NCBI RefSeq assembly: GCF_963921235.1 | Contig: NC_086097.1 | Location: forward strand, 18,664,001-18,728,000 | From: Mobula hypostoma | Lineage: Eukaryota | Reading direction: 5' to 3' | Length of the DNA stretch: 64,000 nucleotides | Shown: positions 11,499 through 23,904 of the stretch, in pieces | How positions within the stretch are numbered: the first letter of the stretch is position 1 | Layout of the letters: the number at the start of each line of letters is the position of its first letter | Translations under genes and position numbers: made by a program | The notes under the pieces: generated by a model | What the model was told of the DNA's origin: nothing | The model's database searches: none | Seen by the model: the letters and a program-made list of their open reading frames with translations, nothing else

Positions 11499-14110
11499 TG
11501 TTATGTTTTGTAACTTGAAAACATAAAAACTAATTAGAAAAAGACAAGGGAGCCTGGAGATAACTCATGTATGTTCACTTTTACTTTAAGCGAGATGCAC
11601 ACATGTAGCACATGGTGCCATAATGATGTATACTATTTACATACTTTTACAGATAACTATATATAACTGTATAACAGTTACAGCAGGGAAACAGGCCATC
11701 TCGGCCCTTCTAGTCCGTGCTGAATGCTTACTCTCACCTAGTCCCATCTACTTGCACTCAGCCCATAACCCTCCATTCCTTTCCTGCCCATATACCTATC
11801 CAATTTTTTTTTTAATGACGAAATCGAACCTGCCTCTACCACTTCTAATGGAAGCTCGTTCCACACAGTTACCACTCTGAGTAAAGAAGTTCCCCCTCGT
11901 GTTACCCCTAAACTTTTGCCCCTTAACTCGCAACTCATGTCCTCTTGTTTGAATCTCCCTTACTCTCAATGGAAAAAGCCTATCCACGTCAACTCTATCT
12001 ATCCCCCTCATAATTTTAAATACCTCTATCAAGTCCCCCCTCAACCTTCTATGTTCCAAAGAATAAAGACCTAACTCGTTCAACCTTTCTCTGTAACTTA
12101 GGAGATCAAACCCAGGTAACATTCTAGTAAATCTCCTCTGTACTCTCTCTATTTTGTTGACATCTTTCCTATAATTTGGTGACCAGAACTGTACACAATA
12201 CTCCAAATTTGGCCTCACCAATGCCTTGTACAATTTTAACATTACATCCCAACTCTTATACTCAATGCTCTGATTTATAAAGGCCAGCATACCAAAAGCT
12301 TTCTTCACCACCCTATCCACATGAGATTCCACCTTCAAGGAACTATGCACCATTATTCCTAGATCACTCTGTTCTACTGCATTCCTCAATGCCCTACCAT
12401 TTACCATGTATGTCCTATTTTGATTAGTCCTACCAAAATGTAGCACCTCACATTTATCAGCATTAAAATCCATCTGCCATCTTTCAGCCCACTCTTCTAA
12501 CTGACCTAAATCTCTCTGCAAGCTTTGAAAACCTACTTCATTATCTACAACATCACCTAGCTTAGTATCATCTGCATACTTACTAATCCAATTTACCACC
12601 CCATCATCCAGATCATTAATGTATAAGACAAACAACATTGAACCCAGTACAGATCCCTGAGGCACACGACTAGTCACCAGCCTCCAACTTGACAAACAGT
12701 TATCCACCACTGCTCTCTGGCATCTCCCATCCAGCCACTGCTGAATCCATTTTACTACTTCCATATTAATACCTAACGACTGAACCTTCTACTACTTCAA
12801 TATTAATACCCAACGATTGAACAATAACCCATAATGTATTATGTATACAACAAAAGCGCATTCAAACAATGTATTTACAATATTACTAAAGTGTACAACA
12901 CTCCTCCCTGCTTAGCTAGAAACTCCAAATCAATATAGAATGCATCTCAATTTATATACTTTTGGGATAACATCTTTCCTGATAAGGGAGGTCACTCTGT
13001 TTGACAGGAGAAACATGTGGCTGTGAAAACAATTTCGGGTTCTAGGTCCTCCTCCATAGTGGTTGTAGGAGTTGACTCTGAGACTGCAGGAAGTGGTTCT
13101 GACAGATCTGGACACTTTTCTTCTCCACTTCTTGGCTTTCCTCTCTGGATGTTGAGTTTGCACTCACGATTAAAAATGCTGCACCTCACACCAGTTTTTC
13201 AGAGTTGGTCTACCACCAATCACTGATCAGAAGTAAGAGAAAAGACCAACCTATACACTTAGGGTCGCACTCAAGGTTAAGAGGGCTACACTTCCCAGCA
13301 GTTTTCCCAGAGTTGAACTGTGACCAATCATTGAGTGGGATTTATTAGAAAGGGTGAATAAAATAAGGCAGGCACACGCTGCATGGTCATTGTTGTGAGT
13401 GGGCCAGTGTTGGAGTAGCTTTGGCTCATCAGGCTTCTGCATTTTCAGGCTCAGACCAGGTATTTGGTAGGTTTCTCTTTTTTTTCTTTATCCTTCATTC
13501 CTGGTGTATTAGGGCTCGGTTGGTGCAGTGAGAATGGCTCCGGGGCAGTGTGGTGTTACAAAATTGGTATTTGTTACTTATTGGCTATTTCAATTGCTTT
13601 AAAAGACTGCTCAGTCTCTCCAGTATACAATATCCAGTTATCTGTTGTGTAATCCAACACATCACTCTTCCTAATGTAGCCAGCCATTTCTGCTCTTTTT
13701 TATGATTATTTCTATTTATGAACCCTGCAAATTTTTCCATTTTCTGTCTTTATTTTAAACTTGAACGTCTTCTCCTCCAAAGAGATATGTTCCACTGCTT
13801 TTTTTTAAACTCGATATCTTGCTGCACTTCATCAGTTAGGTAGTTGTCCAGGTTCATTTTAAAAATACCTCATTACCACTGCTATGTTTTGTAACTCCAA
13901 AACATAAAACCAAATTAAAAGGAAAACAAGGGAGCCAGGAGATAACTCAAGTATGTTCGTCTTTACTTTAAGCAAGGTACATATGTATCACGTAGTGCCT
14001 GATGACGTATGCCATTTATGTACTTTTGCAGATAATCCACAATGCATCATGTAAACAACCAAGAATCCTTACTCAAACCATACATGTACAATATTATTAA
14101 ATAAACAACA
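11499..14110 (-). mobile_element. Internally deleted Gypsy element with two LTRs
   Basis: LTRs at 11499-12900 (split by CR1) and 13881-14110, TG...CA; PPT (rc ctcctccct) at 12901; PBS-like (rc cctcattacca) at ~13869; flanks tacac / tgcac. Confidence 0.85.
11660..12822 (-). mobile_element. 5'-truncated CR1 LINE inserted in an LTR
   Basis: 322-aa ORF 11796-12764 with PQGSVLG, YADD and RPNLEYCVQFWSP; 3' UTR tail; ataac on both sides. Confidence 0.93.
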
Positions 14111-14503
14111 TGCACACCCTGTGTTGGCATGTGGAGAGAGAACTGCACACTCTATACTTGCAAATAGAGGGTGCTGTGGACCCTGTGACCGATCTGATAG
14201 ATGTACTGCACACTGTGCCTGTAAATGGAGGGTGTGAGGCACACACACGCGTAACACACATTCTGTGTGCCAGAACACCAAGGGTGTAGTGCCCTTGTTG
14301 AGCTTGCACATAGTGTGTACAGACCATGGCAGTTACCGTACCTCACATGGCCTGTAACAAACATTTGACATTGCAGCTGAGTAGCTGAAGTGCGGAAGTG
14401 CAATACAGAAAGTCTGGAATTCAGCTGGAGACACAGGCCTTACCTACAGAGGGAAGGCTTGTTGAAGGATGACATAAAGGGGCAGTCGATACCCAAGACA
14501 TTT

Positions 14504-14639
14504 CTAGTCCTGACGAAGGGTCTCGGCCTGAAACGTCGACTGCGCTTCTTCCTATAGATGCTGCCTGGCCTGCTGCGTTCACCAGCAACTTTGATGTATG
14601 TTGCTTGAATTTCCAGCATCTGCAGAATTCCTGTTGTTT
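14504..14639 (+). mobile_element. Short Penelope-derived unit with 6-bp TSD
   Basis: TSD acattt at 14498-14503 and 14640-14645; homologous to the 3' terminus of the Penelope fragment at 19662-20294. Confidence 0.85.
14506..14541 (+). ncRNA. Minimal type I hammerhead ribozyme motif
   Basis: AGUC-CUGACGA-AGGGucucggCCU-GAAA-CG-UC-GACU: both core boxes, stem I AGUC/GACU, short stem II, palindromic ACGU stem III, GUC triplet. Confidence 0.75.
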
Positions 14640-14699
14640 ACATTTTTGGTGTGTTTACCAGTTGATGAAGAGCAGCTCGACATATGCAGTACTGTTGTC

Positions 14700-14960
14700 T
14701 GGATGACTAAGTGGAAAACCACTGGGATAGCATCCATTGCAGATGTGGGATACTGGCTATGCAGTCAAAATACCTGACTGCGTGTTGGTCAGAAGGGTCT
14801 GCTTTCATGCTGGATTTCATCACGGAAAGTGATTTCCAGAAAGGCAGGGAAACTGCTTCAAAGGTTATTCTTGAAACCTCCTTGAAGAATTGTAAAGTCC
14901 TCCTAACCTTTGGAAACCTCTGGCCCATAACCACCCAAAATGGAAAAGGGGTGGCCTGGA
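14700..14960 (+). mobile_element. Highly decayed RTE-clade LINE ORF C-terminal remnant
   Basis: Frameshifted translation resembling GRQ...FK..L.TSLKNC....W.PLAHN.PKW, like RTE C-termini. Confidence 0.45.
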
Positions 14961-15189
14961 GGCCAACATATTTCCTGAAAGTCATTGACCAGATCAAAGT
15001 TACGTGGATAGGGAATTGTTAGAGAGATGTCGGCTAAGCGCAGCCAAATGGGTAAGCATGGACAAGTTGGGCCAAAAATCCAGTTTTCGTGCTGCAAGCT
15101 GTGGAAACAGCAGAACTTCCCAGTTGTTGGCAAAGATGGGTATTGTAAATTTCCCAAAGGACAAACTACTGAAGAATTGCATGGCACAA

Positions 15190-15312
15190 AGTCCTGATGT
15201 AGGGTCTCGACCTCAAACGTCCTTCTGTCTCCACACACGCTGCCTAACCCATCGAGCTCCTCCAGCAGTTCATCTTTTGCCCCAGATTCTAGCATTAGCA
15301 GCTTTCCGTGTC
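15190..15312 (+). mobile_element. Degenerate Penelope-derived unit
   Basis: Starts agtcctgatgtagggtctcgacctcaaacgtc (eroded hammerhead). Confidence 0.65.
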
Positions 15313-15694
15313 CCAAATCATCGTTAATTTCAAAGGCCTGTCAAACAGAGAAATTAATTTTTGTCAAGTCTTAAACACACCAGAAAATTGGGCTAATTCA
15401 GATGCATTACGTTTCCCTTGGTCTGAGACTTGGACTTTAAATAAAGATGGTTTAATTAATTCCCACGGTAATCATAACTGTATTTAATATTCCTTTTAAC
15501 AAAAACAAGCTAATTTCTCCTGGGGGTTCCACGAGCACAGGCATTTCACTCTTATCTGACCATTCTGCTATAATTATGGTGTTTTGTTCCATCCATGTAC
15601 ATTTCTTCTGTAAAGGTTACACACAAAGCAATCATGGACAAATAATGAAACATTGTTATAAAATCATGTTAATTAAACAGAGTGATTACCCATT

Positions 15695-16265
15695 TTCTTC
15701 TAAGGCTCTGTAAAGCGTTGGTCAGACAGCACTTGTAATATTGTGAGCAGTTCAGGGGCCCTTTCTGAGAAAGCACAGGAGAGGATCCAAAGATTTACAA
15801 GAATCATTCAAAGAATGAACAGATTAAAGTATAAGGAGCATTGGATGGCTCTGGGCCTATACTCACAGAACTTCAGAAGAATCAGGGTGGGCCTCATTGA
15901 AACCTATTGAATATTCAAAGCCTAGATAGAGTGGATGTTGTGTGGGTGTTGATAGAGTGTTCCTTGTGTGGAGGAGTCTGGGAGCAAAGGGCACAGCCTC
16001 AGAAAACAAGGATATCCCATTAGAAAAGAGATGAGGAGGAATTTCTTTAGCAAGAGGTTGGTAAATCAGTGGAGCTCATTGCCACAGACAGCTGTGGTGG
16101 ACAGGTCATTGGGTATATTTAAAGCAGAGGTTAATAGGTTTTTGATTAGTCAGAGTGTCAAAAGTAACAGGGAGATGGTGAGAGGGATAATAAATCAACC
16201 ATGATTGAATGGCAGAGCAGACTCGATGGTTCAAATAGCCTAATTCAACTCTTGTTTTATGGTTT
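15695..16265 (+). mobile_element. Decayed CR1 3' fragment
   Basis: Encodes GHSLR...EMRRNFFS.RLVN.W..LP and the CR1 3' UTR. Confidence 0.85.
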
Positions 16266-16599
16266 AAAGTTGCTCTTTAAGTGTCATCATTATTCAGCGA
16301 TGAATTTGGCAAGACAAGGAGGTGACAGTGATGATAAGAGGATGGAGGAGACTGAGTTGCACTCCACCCTTTCAAGAAATGACCTGCTGATGTCGCAGGC
16401 TTAGTCCGTGCATTGGCATTCAAGACTGTCTTTTAAGTACACGTTTAATTGCTTAGGCAGATAGGAACTGTCTGTTTAGTCACACACATTATTCTATCCA
16501 TGCTAAGTCAGAAGTCACAAACCAGACTGATCGCATTTTTGTATGGGTGCGTATATTACTGGTCAGCTGACAGGGCTAGGTGATTTTGAATAGTAGTTA

Positions 16600-17865
16600 T
16601 CTTTAACCGCTTGCTTTGGCAGTCTGAGGTACCCACCTGCTTCAAACAGGCTTCAATTACACCAGTGACTAAAAAGAACATGGTGACCCACCTCAAAGAC
16701 TATCGTCAGGAGCACTTTGGTGAACTGCTTTGAGAGGTTGGTGATGAAACATATCAACTCCTGCCTGAGAAGCAACTTTGAACCTCTCCAATGTGCCTAG
16801 CATCACAACAGGTCCACGGCAGACGACATTTCAGTGGCTCGTCACTCAGCCCTGAAACATCCGGACAGCAAAGGTGCATAGATCAGGATGCTCTTTATGG
16901 ACAGCAGTTAGGCATTCAATACCAACATTCCTTCAAAACTAACCAATAAGCTTCAAGACATCGGCCTTTGTACCTCCTTGTGCAATTGATCCTTGGTTTC
17001 CTCAATTAAAGATGCAATTTTTTTTGGATTGACAAAAACATCTCCTCCACAATCTTTATCAGCACAGGTGCACCACAAGACTATGCACCTAACCCCTGCT
17101 CTACTTGGTTTGTACTTATAACTGTGAGGCTAAGGGCGGCTCCAATGCCATATTTAAGGTTACTGATGTCACCACTTGTAGGTTGAATCAAAGGTGGTGT
17201 TGAGTCAGCAAATGGGTGGGGGGGGGCGGAGATTGAAAATCTGGCTCAGTGGTGCCAGAACAATAACCTTTAAGGGTGGAGAGGATCAGCAACTTTAAAT
17301 TCCGTGGTATTATCATTTCAGAGGACTGTCCAAGGTCCAGCACAGCAGTGCCTCTACTTCCTTAGAAGTTTGTGAAGGTTTGGCATGACATCTAAAACTC
17401 TGACAAACTTCCATAGAAGTGGGGTGGACAGCAGATTGACTGGTTGCATCATGGCCTGGTGTGGAAACACCATTGCCCCACAATTGAGCACATCTACCCA
17501 GAGTGCTGTCACATGAAAGCAGCATCTATCATCAAAGATGCTCACCACACAGCCATGGTCTCTTCTCGCTGCTGCCATCAAGAAGGTGGTACAGGAGCCT
17601 TAGGGTCCCACACACCAGGTTTAGGAACAGTTATTACTCTTTAACCATTAGGCTCTTGAACCAGTGGGGTTAACTTCACTCTATCACTGAACTGTTCCCA
17701 CAATTTATAGACTCACTTTCAAAGACTCCTCAACTCATGTTCTCAAAATTTATTGCTTACTTATTTATTAATAATGTTGTTTTTTCCTCAGGGTTGTATA
17801 TGGCGACATATACAGTATGTACTTTGATGATAAATTTACATTGAACTTTTAAACTTTCAACTTTA
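16600..17865 (+). mobile_element. Decayed Rex1/Babar-type LINE (RT region to tail)
   Basis: Collinear with 19270-21230; gaacttt-type tail. Confidence 0.75.
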
Positions 17866-17869
17866 AAAT

Positions 17870-18735
17870 GTGTAGCTTTAAGGCAAAAGTACAGTGCAAG
17901 ACATAAACATTACTACAAGTTACAATCCTATGTCTTATACTCTAATAAATTAACCAATTTATAATGGAAAAGGGATAGTGAGCTAGTGATGATGAACCCT
18001 TCAGAAACATGATGGCAGAGGATAAGTCACATTATGTAAAACATTGAGCGTGGGTCTTCAGGCTCTTGTACCTCTCCCCTGATGGTAGTAGTGAGAAGAG
18101 GTTTTTTTAGCGTGTCGCACCAGACAGTCAGCCATTCTTGTCTGGCGCGTGGTGTCGGGATTGGTCTCCTTTCGGATTAACCGGGTCACGATATGAACAT
18201 TCCTGACTTGGCCCTTTTTGTTTTACAAGGCCAAGTGCCTAGCTCGACGCTCAACCCGGCACGGATGGAAGGTGTGCCGGGGAGGTGGCCCGACTTGGAT
18301 TCGAACTCGGGAGCCTTCGCTCTGGAGTCCGGCGCTGATGCCATTGCGCCACCAGCCGGCCTATTCCAGGTGGTGAGGGTGCTTTAATGACGGAAGCTGC
18401 CTTCCTGAGGCACCATCTTTTGAGGATGTTGTCAATGGTGTGGAGGGCTGTGCCCATGAATGAACTGGCTGAACCTACAACCCTCTGCAGTCTCTTTCAA
18501 TCCTCTGCATTGGGTCCTCCATAACAGATAATGATGCAACCAGGCAGACTGTTCACCACAGTGCTTCTGTAGTAACTTGCTGGAGTCTTCGGTGACAAAC
18601 AAAATCTCCTCAAATTCCCAAGTATAGGTATTGATGTTCCTTTTTTGTGATTGCATCAATGTGTTAGGTCCAGGATAGATCAGCTGAGATGTTGATGTCC
18701 AGCAACTTAAGGCTGCTTGTTCTTTCCACCCCTCA
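17870..18735 (-). mobile_element. Decayed Rex1/Babar LINE 3' fragment, interrupted by a SINE
   Basis: Encodes CLRKAASVIK; tail-to-tail with the preceding copy. Confidence 0.7.
18101..18360 (-). mobile_element. tRNA-derived SINE
   Basis: A box tggcgcaatgg and B box gttcgaatcc on the minus strand; head shared with the copy at 63358. Confidence 0.8.
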
Positions 18736-19661
18736 ATAAGAATTTGCCTTTCCCTTTGTAACTTCAGTTACCCTTTCTACAAACTCACTTGTCAGTAATG
18801 GTGAGGGACTTCAGTTGTCTGGTAAGGTGAGAAGCTGTGTTGTTCTCTTTGGAACCAAGGGTGTTAGGAAAACACCTGTTGGTGATATTTAAATTCATGG
18901 AGGGTCTGAACTGATTAGATAGAGAGAAACTATTTCCATTAGCAGAGGGGACAAGAAATAGAAGATGTTCTGTAAAAATGGAGTGTGTGCGAAGATGCAA
19001 AAAGAGCATAAGGAATATTTCTAGCCCAAGTGTTTGAGGGTCTGGAATGCAATGCCTGGGAAGAAAGTGGTTCAATCAAAGCAATGAACAGGGAACACAG
19101 TCCCGATGATCCTTTGGTCTCATTACCTGAAGATGACATGAGGGCTGTGTTCATGAGAGTAAATCCAAGGAAAGCATTCGGTCCGGATGGAGTACCTGGC
19201 CGAGTACTGAAGCCCTGGGCTGACCAACTGGCTGGTGTAGTCACAGATATCTTCAACCTCTCTCTCTGGCAGTGTGTGGTACCCACCTGCTTCAAGCAGG
19301 CTTCAATTGTACCAGTGCCTAAGGAAAGTGTGATAACCTGCCTCGATGACTATCGCCCAGTTACATTTACATCCACAGTGATGAAGTGTTTTGAGATGCT
19401 GGTGCTGAAACATATCAGCTCCTGTCTGAATGGTGACTTGGACCCACTCCAATTCACCTACCAAAGCAACAGGTCTACAGCAGATGCTATCTTGTTGGCT
19501 CTTCACACAGCCTTGGAACATCTGGAGAGCAAAGATGCATACATCAGCATGCTCTTTATCAATTACATCTTGGCGTTTAACATCATCACCAATTCAAGTC
19601 AAGTCACTTTTTATTGTCATTTCGACCATAACTGCTGGTACCAGGACACAGTAAAAACAAG

Positions 19662-20294
19662 AACACGAGGAATTCTGCAGATGCTGGAAATTCAAGCAAC
19701 ACACACAAAAAATGCTGGTGAATGCAGCAGGCCAGGCAGAATCTCTAGGAAGAGGTACAGTCGACGTTTCGGGCCGAGACTCTTCGTCAGGACTAACTGA
19801 AAGAAGAGATAGTAAGCGATTTGAAAGTGGGAGGGGGAGGGGAAGATCCGAAATGACAGGAGAAGACCGGGGGGGGAGGGATGGGGCTAAGAGCTGGAAA
19901 GTTGATTGGCAAAAGGGATACGAGGCTGGAGAAGGGAGAGGATCATGGGACGGGAGGCCTAGGGAGAAAGAAAGGGGGAGGGGAGCCCAGAGGATGGGCA
20001 AGGAATTATATTGAGAGGGAGGGAGAAAAAGGAGAGAAGATAGATAGATAGATAAATAAATAAAGGATGGGGTACGAGGGGGAGGTGGGGCATTAACAGA
20101 AGTTAGAGAAGTCAATTTTCATGCCATCAGGTTGGAGGCTACCCAGACGCAATATATGGTGTTGTTCCTCCAGCCTGAGTGTGGCTTCATCTTGACAGTA
20201 GAGGAGGCCGTGGATAGACATATCAGAATGGGGATGGGACATGGAATTAAAATGTGTGGCCACTGGGAGATCCTGCTTTCTCTGGCGGACAGAG
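19662..20294 (-). mobile_element. 5'-truncated Penelope-like element (GIY-YIG C-terminus, 3' UTR, terminal unit with hammerhead at 19759-19794)
   Basis: ORF 20093-20302 PVATHFN...GLLYC...RLEEQ..ILRLGSLQPDGM resembles the C-terminal part of Penelope GIY-YIG endonucleases; pyrimidine-rich UTR. Confidence 0.85.
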
Positions 20295-21329
20295 CAAGAC
20301 AACGTTTTTCAGGACCATGGTGCTACATCACAATCACTCCCTGAAAACTAGTCAGTAATCTGGCCTTCAATACACTTTGTGCGATTGGATCATAGATTTC
20401 ATCATGTAGATCCCGGTCAGTTCAGATTGACAAGTACATCTTCTCCACAATCTCCATCAGCACAGGAGCCCCACAGGGATGTGTGCTTAGTCCGCTGCTC
20501 TTCCTATGTGTGCGAGGCTAATTACAGCTCCAACACCATGTACAAGTTTGCTGATGACACTACTTTTGCGGGCTGTATCTAAAGGGGTGACGAATCAGCG
20601 GACAGGAGGGAGATTGAGAACTTGGCTGAGTAGTGTAATAACAACAGCCTCTTACTCAATGTCAGTAAGACCACAGAACTGATTGTAGACCAGGAGAGGG
20701 AAACCAGGGCTTCACGAGCCAGTACTCATCAGAGGATCAGAGGTGGAGAGGGTCAGTAACTTTAAATTCCTGGGTGTCACTAGCTCAGAGCCCCTGTCCT
20801 GGACCCACCATATAAATATTATTGCACAGAAAGCACGACAATGCCTCTACTTCCTCAGTAGTCTGCGGAGATTCGGCATCTTATCGAAAGCCTTGGCAAA
20901 CTTCAATAGATGTGTGGTGGAAAGGGTGCTGACTGGCTGCATTACGGCCTGGTATGGGAACACCAATACCCTTGAGTGGAAAATTCTACATAAGGTAGTG
21001 GATTTGGCCCAGTACATCATGGGTAGAACTCTTCCAACCATTGAGCACGTCTAGATGAAATGTTGCTGTAGAAAAGCAGGATCCATCATCAAAGACCCTC
21101 TCCACCCAGGCCATACTCTCTTCTTGTTGCTGCCATTGGGTAGAAGATACAGGTGTCTCAGGACTCACACCACCAGGTTCATGGACATTTACTACCCCTC
21201 AACCATCAGGCCCATGAACAAAAGGGGATAGCTACACTCATTTACAGACACATTCAAGAGCTATATTATATTGTTATTTCCTGCTTATTATTTGGTACTA
21301 TTTATAGTGTCTTTAAAAAGTATTCACCC

Positions 21330-21419
21330 GAAGGGTCCCGGCCCGAAACGTTGACTGTACCTCTTCCTATAGATGCTGCCTGGCCTGCTGCCTTCCCCAG
21401 CATTTTTTATGTGTGTTGC
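21330..21419 (+). mobile_element. Short Penelope-derived unit inside the Tc1 TIR
   Basis: Starts within the hammerhead core (gaagggtcccggcccgaaacgttgact); flanked by ttcacc. Confidence 0.75.
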
Positions 21420-22859
21420 TTCACCTGCCCCCCTCCCCCGGAAGTTTTTGTGTCTTATTGTTTTACAACATTGAATCACAGTGGGTGTAGTCTGGCTTTT
21501 TTGACGCTGATCAACAGACAGACTCCTTCGGGTCAAAGTGAAAACAAATTTCTACAAATTGGTCTAAATTTATTACACTTATAAAACACAAAATAATTGA
21601 TTGCATAATTACTCACCCACTTCAAGTCAGTATTTAATAAATGCATCTTTGGCAGCAATTGCAGCCTTGAATCTGTGAGCATAAGTCTCTATCAGCTTTG
21701 CACATCTGGCCACTGCAATTTTCCCCCATTCTTTTTTACTGAACTGCTCAAGCTCTATCAGATTGCATGGGCATTGTGAGTGAACAGCCCTTTTCAAGTC
21801 CAGCCACAAATTCTCAATTGGATTGAGGTCTGAACTCTGACTTACCCACTCCAGGACATTAACTTTGTTGTTTTTAAGCCATTCCTGTGTAGTTTTAGCC
21901 TCTATGCTCGGGATCATTTTCTTGCTGGAAAACAAATCTTCTCCCAAGTTGCAACTTTCCTGCAGACTGCATTAGGTTTTCATCCAGGATTTCCCTGTAT
22001 TTTGCTGCATTCATTTTACCCTCTACTCTCATAGACCTTCCAGGGCCTGCTGCAGTGAAGCATTCCCAAAGCATGATACACCACCATGCTTCATGGTAGG
22101 GATGGTGTATTTTTGATGATGTGCAGTGTTCAACTTACGCCAAACATAGCGTTTAGTCAGGTGGTCAAAAAGCTCAATTTTGGTTTCATCAGACCATGGA
22201 ACCTTCTTCCAGCTGACTTCAGAGTCTCCCAGATGACTTCTGGCAAACTAGTCGAGATTTCATGGGAGATTTTTTCCCAGCAATGGTTTCTCTTTGCCAC
22301 TTTCCCATAAAGCTGTGACTGGTGAAGCACCCGGGCAACAGTTGTATGTGCTGAAGTTTTAACACATCCAGAGTTGTCACAGGTCTCTTGGTGGGCTCCC
22401 TCACTAGTCCCCTTCTTGCAGTCACTCAGTTTTTGAGGACTGGCTGCTCTAGGCAGCTTTACAGCTGTGCCATATTCTTTCCATTTCTTGATGATTGACT
22501 TAACTGTACTCCAAGGGATATTCAGGGACTTGGAAATTATCTTGCATCCATCTCCTGACTTGTGCTTTTCAATAACCTTTCCGTGGAGCTTCTTGGAGTG
22601 ATCCTTTGTCTTCATGGTGTAGTTTTCGCCAGTAAACTGACTCAGCAGCAGTTGGACCTCCTCCTCCTCCGCTTTCTCCTCCTCCTCCTTCTACTTCTTC
22701 TTCTTCTAGTCCAACTTAAAGTTGCATTACCACCGCCAAATGGACTGCAGTGTTAAGTGGAGTGTTGGGAAATAAAACACCTGCTAGTTCTTGATCAAAT
22801 GAAAACTAAATTACCCCAAAAAGCCCTATAGATAGTAAAAAATAAAAGACATCATTGTG

Positions 22860-23640
22860 AATTAAATTAAATTTGAGTTTGAATTAATTTAAATCTTACA
22901 TCCACCCCACAACATGAGGGAGTAAAAATCTTTGTGTTATGACTCCGTCGCAATGTACAGACACATGAATTTATAAGTCTAATGGCTTGTAGAAAGTAGC
23001 TGTCCCATAGCCGGTTGGTCCTGGCTTTAATGCTGCGGTACTGTTTGCCAGACAGAAACAGCTCAAGCAGTTATGGTTGGGGTGACTGGTGTCCCTGATG
23101 ATCTTTCAGGCCTTCTTTACACACCTGCGGCTGTAAGTGTCCTCAATGGAGGAAAAAGTCACATCCACAGATGTGCTGGGCTGTCTGTACCACTCTATGC
23201 AGTGCCCAGTGATCAAGGTTGGTGTAGTTCCCATACCAGACAGTGATACAGCTAGTCAGGAGGCTCTCAATGGCGCCCATGTTTAAGGTCTTAAGGATTT
23301 GCGGGCTCTTGCCGAGTTTCTTCAGTTGCCTGAGATGGAAGAGATGATGTTGTGCTTTTTTTGCCACACAATTAGTGTGTACAATTCAGGTGAGATCTTT
23401 GATGATGTATATACTGAGGAATTTGAAACTATTCACCCTCTCAACTGCAGTCCCATTGATGTTGATTGGGGCAAGTCTGTCTCTGTTACTCCTGTAACCC
23501 ATGATCAGTTGTTTTATTTTTTGGACATTGAGGGAGAAGTTATTATCTTGGGCACCACTGCGTCAGGGTATTAACCTCTCCTGCATAGGCTGTCTCGTCA
23601 CCACTAGAAATCAGGCCGATCAATGTTGTGTCACTTCCAT
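22860..23640 (-). mobile_element. Rex1/Babar LINE 3' fragment nested in Nimb
   Basis: Encodes KKAQHHLFHLRQLKK and AIESLLTSCITVWYGN. Confidence 0.8.
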
Positions 23641-23685
23641 AACTAGGTAAGGTTTTTAAATGAAACCTGACAACCCCCAAAGCCA

Positions 23686-23904
23686 CATACATCAAAGTTG
23701 CTGGTGAACGCAGCAGGCCAAGCAGCATCTATAGGAAGAGGCGCAGTTGACGTTTCAGGCCGAGACCCTTCGTCAGGGTCTCGGCCTGAAACGTCGACTG
23801 CGCCTCTTCCTATAGATGCTGCTTGGCCTGCTGCGTTCACCAGCAACTTTGATGTATGTTGCTTGAATTTCCAGCATCTGCAGAATTCCTGTTGTTTGCG
23901 TTTA
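23686..23904. mobile_element. Young palindromic Penelope-derived unit with 14-bp TSD
   Basis: TSD aacccccaaagcca at 23672-23685 and 23905-23918; ~84-bp near-perfect inverted arms. Confidence 0.9.

Larger units (their letters stand above)
8477..14290. repeat. Degenerate tandem repeat, unit ~34-36 bp (ctgtgcctgcacgaggagggagaa...acacact), interrupted by three insertions
   Basis: Motif recurs through 8477-10520, 11087-11498 and 14111-14290. Confidence 0.85.

Noticed and set aside
19030..19800. 256-aa ORF as a gene
   Set aside because: Chimera of a CR1 fragment, Rex1 RT, an antisense LINE tail and an antisense Penelope terminus
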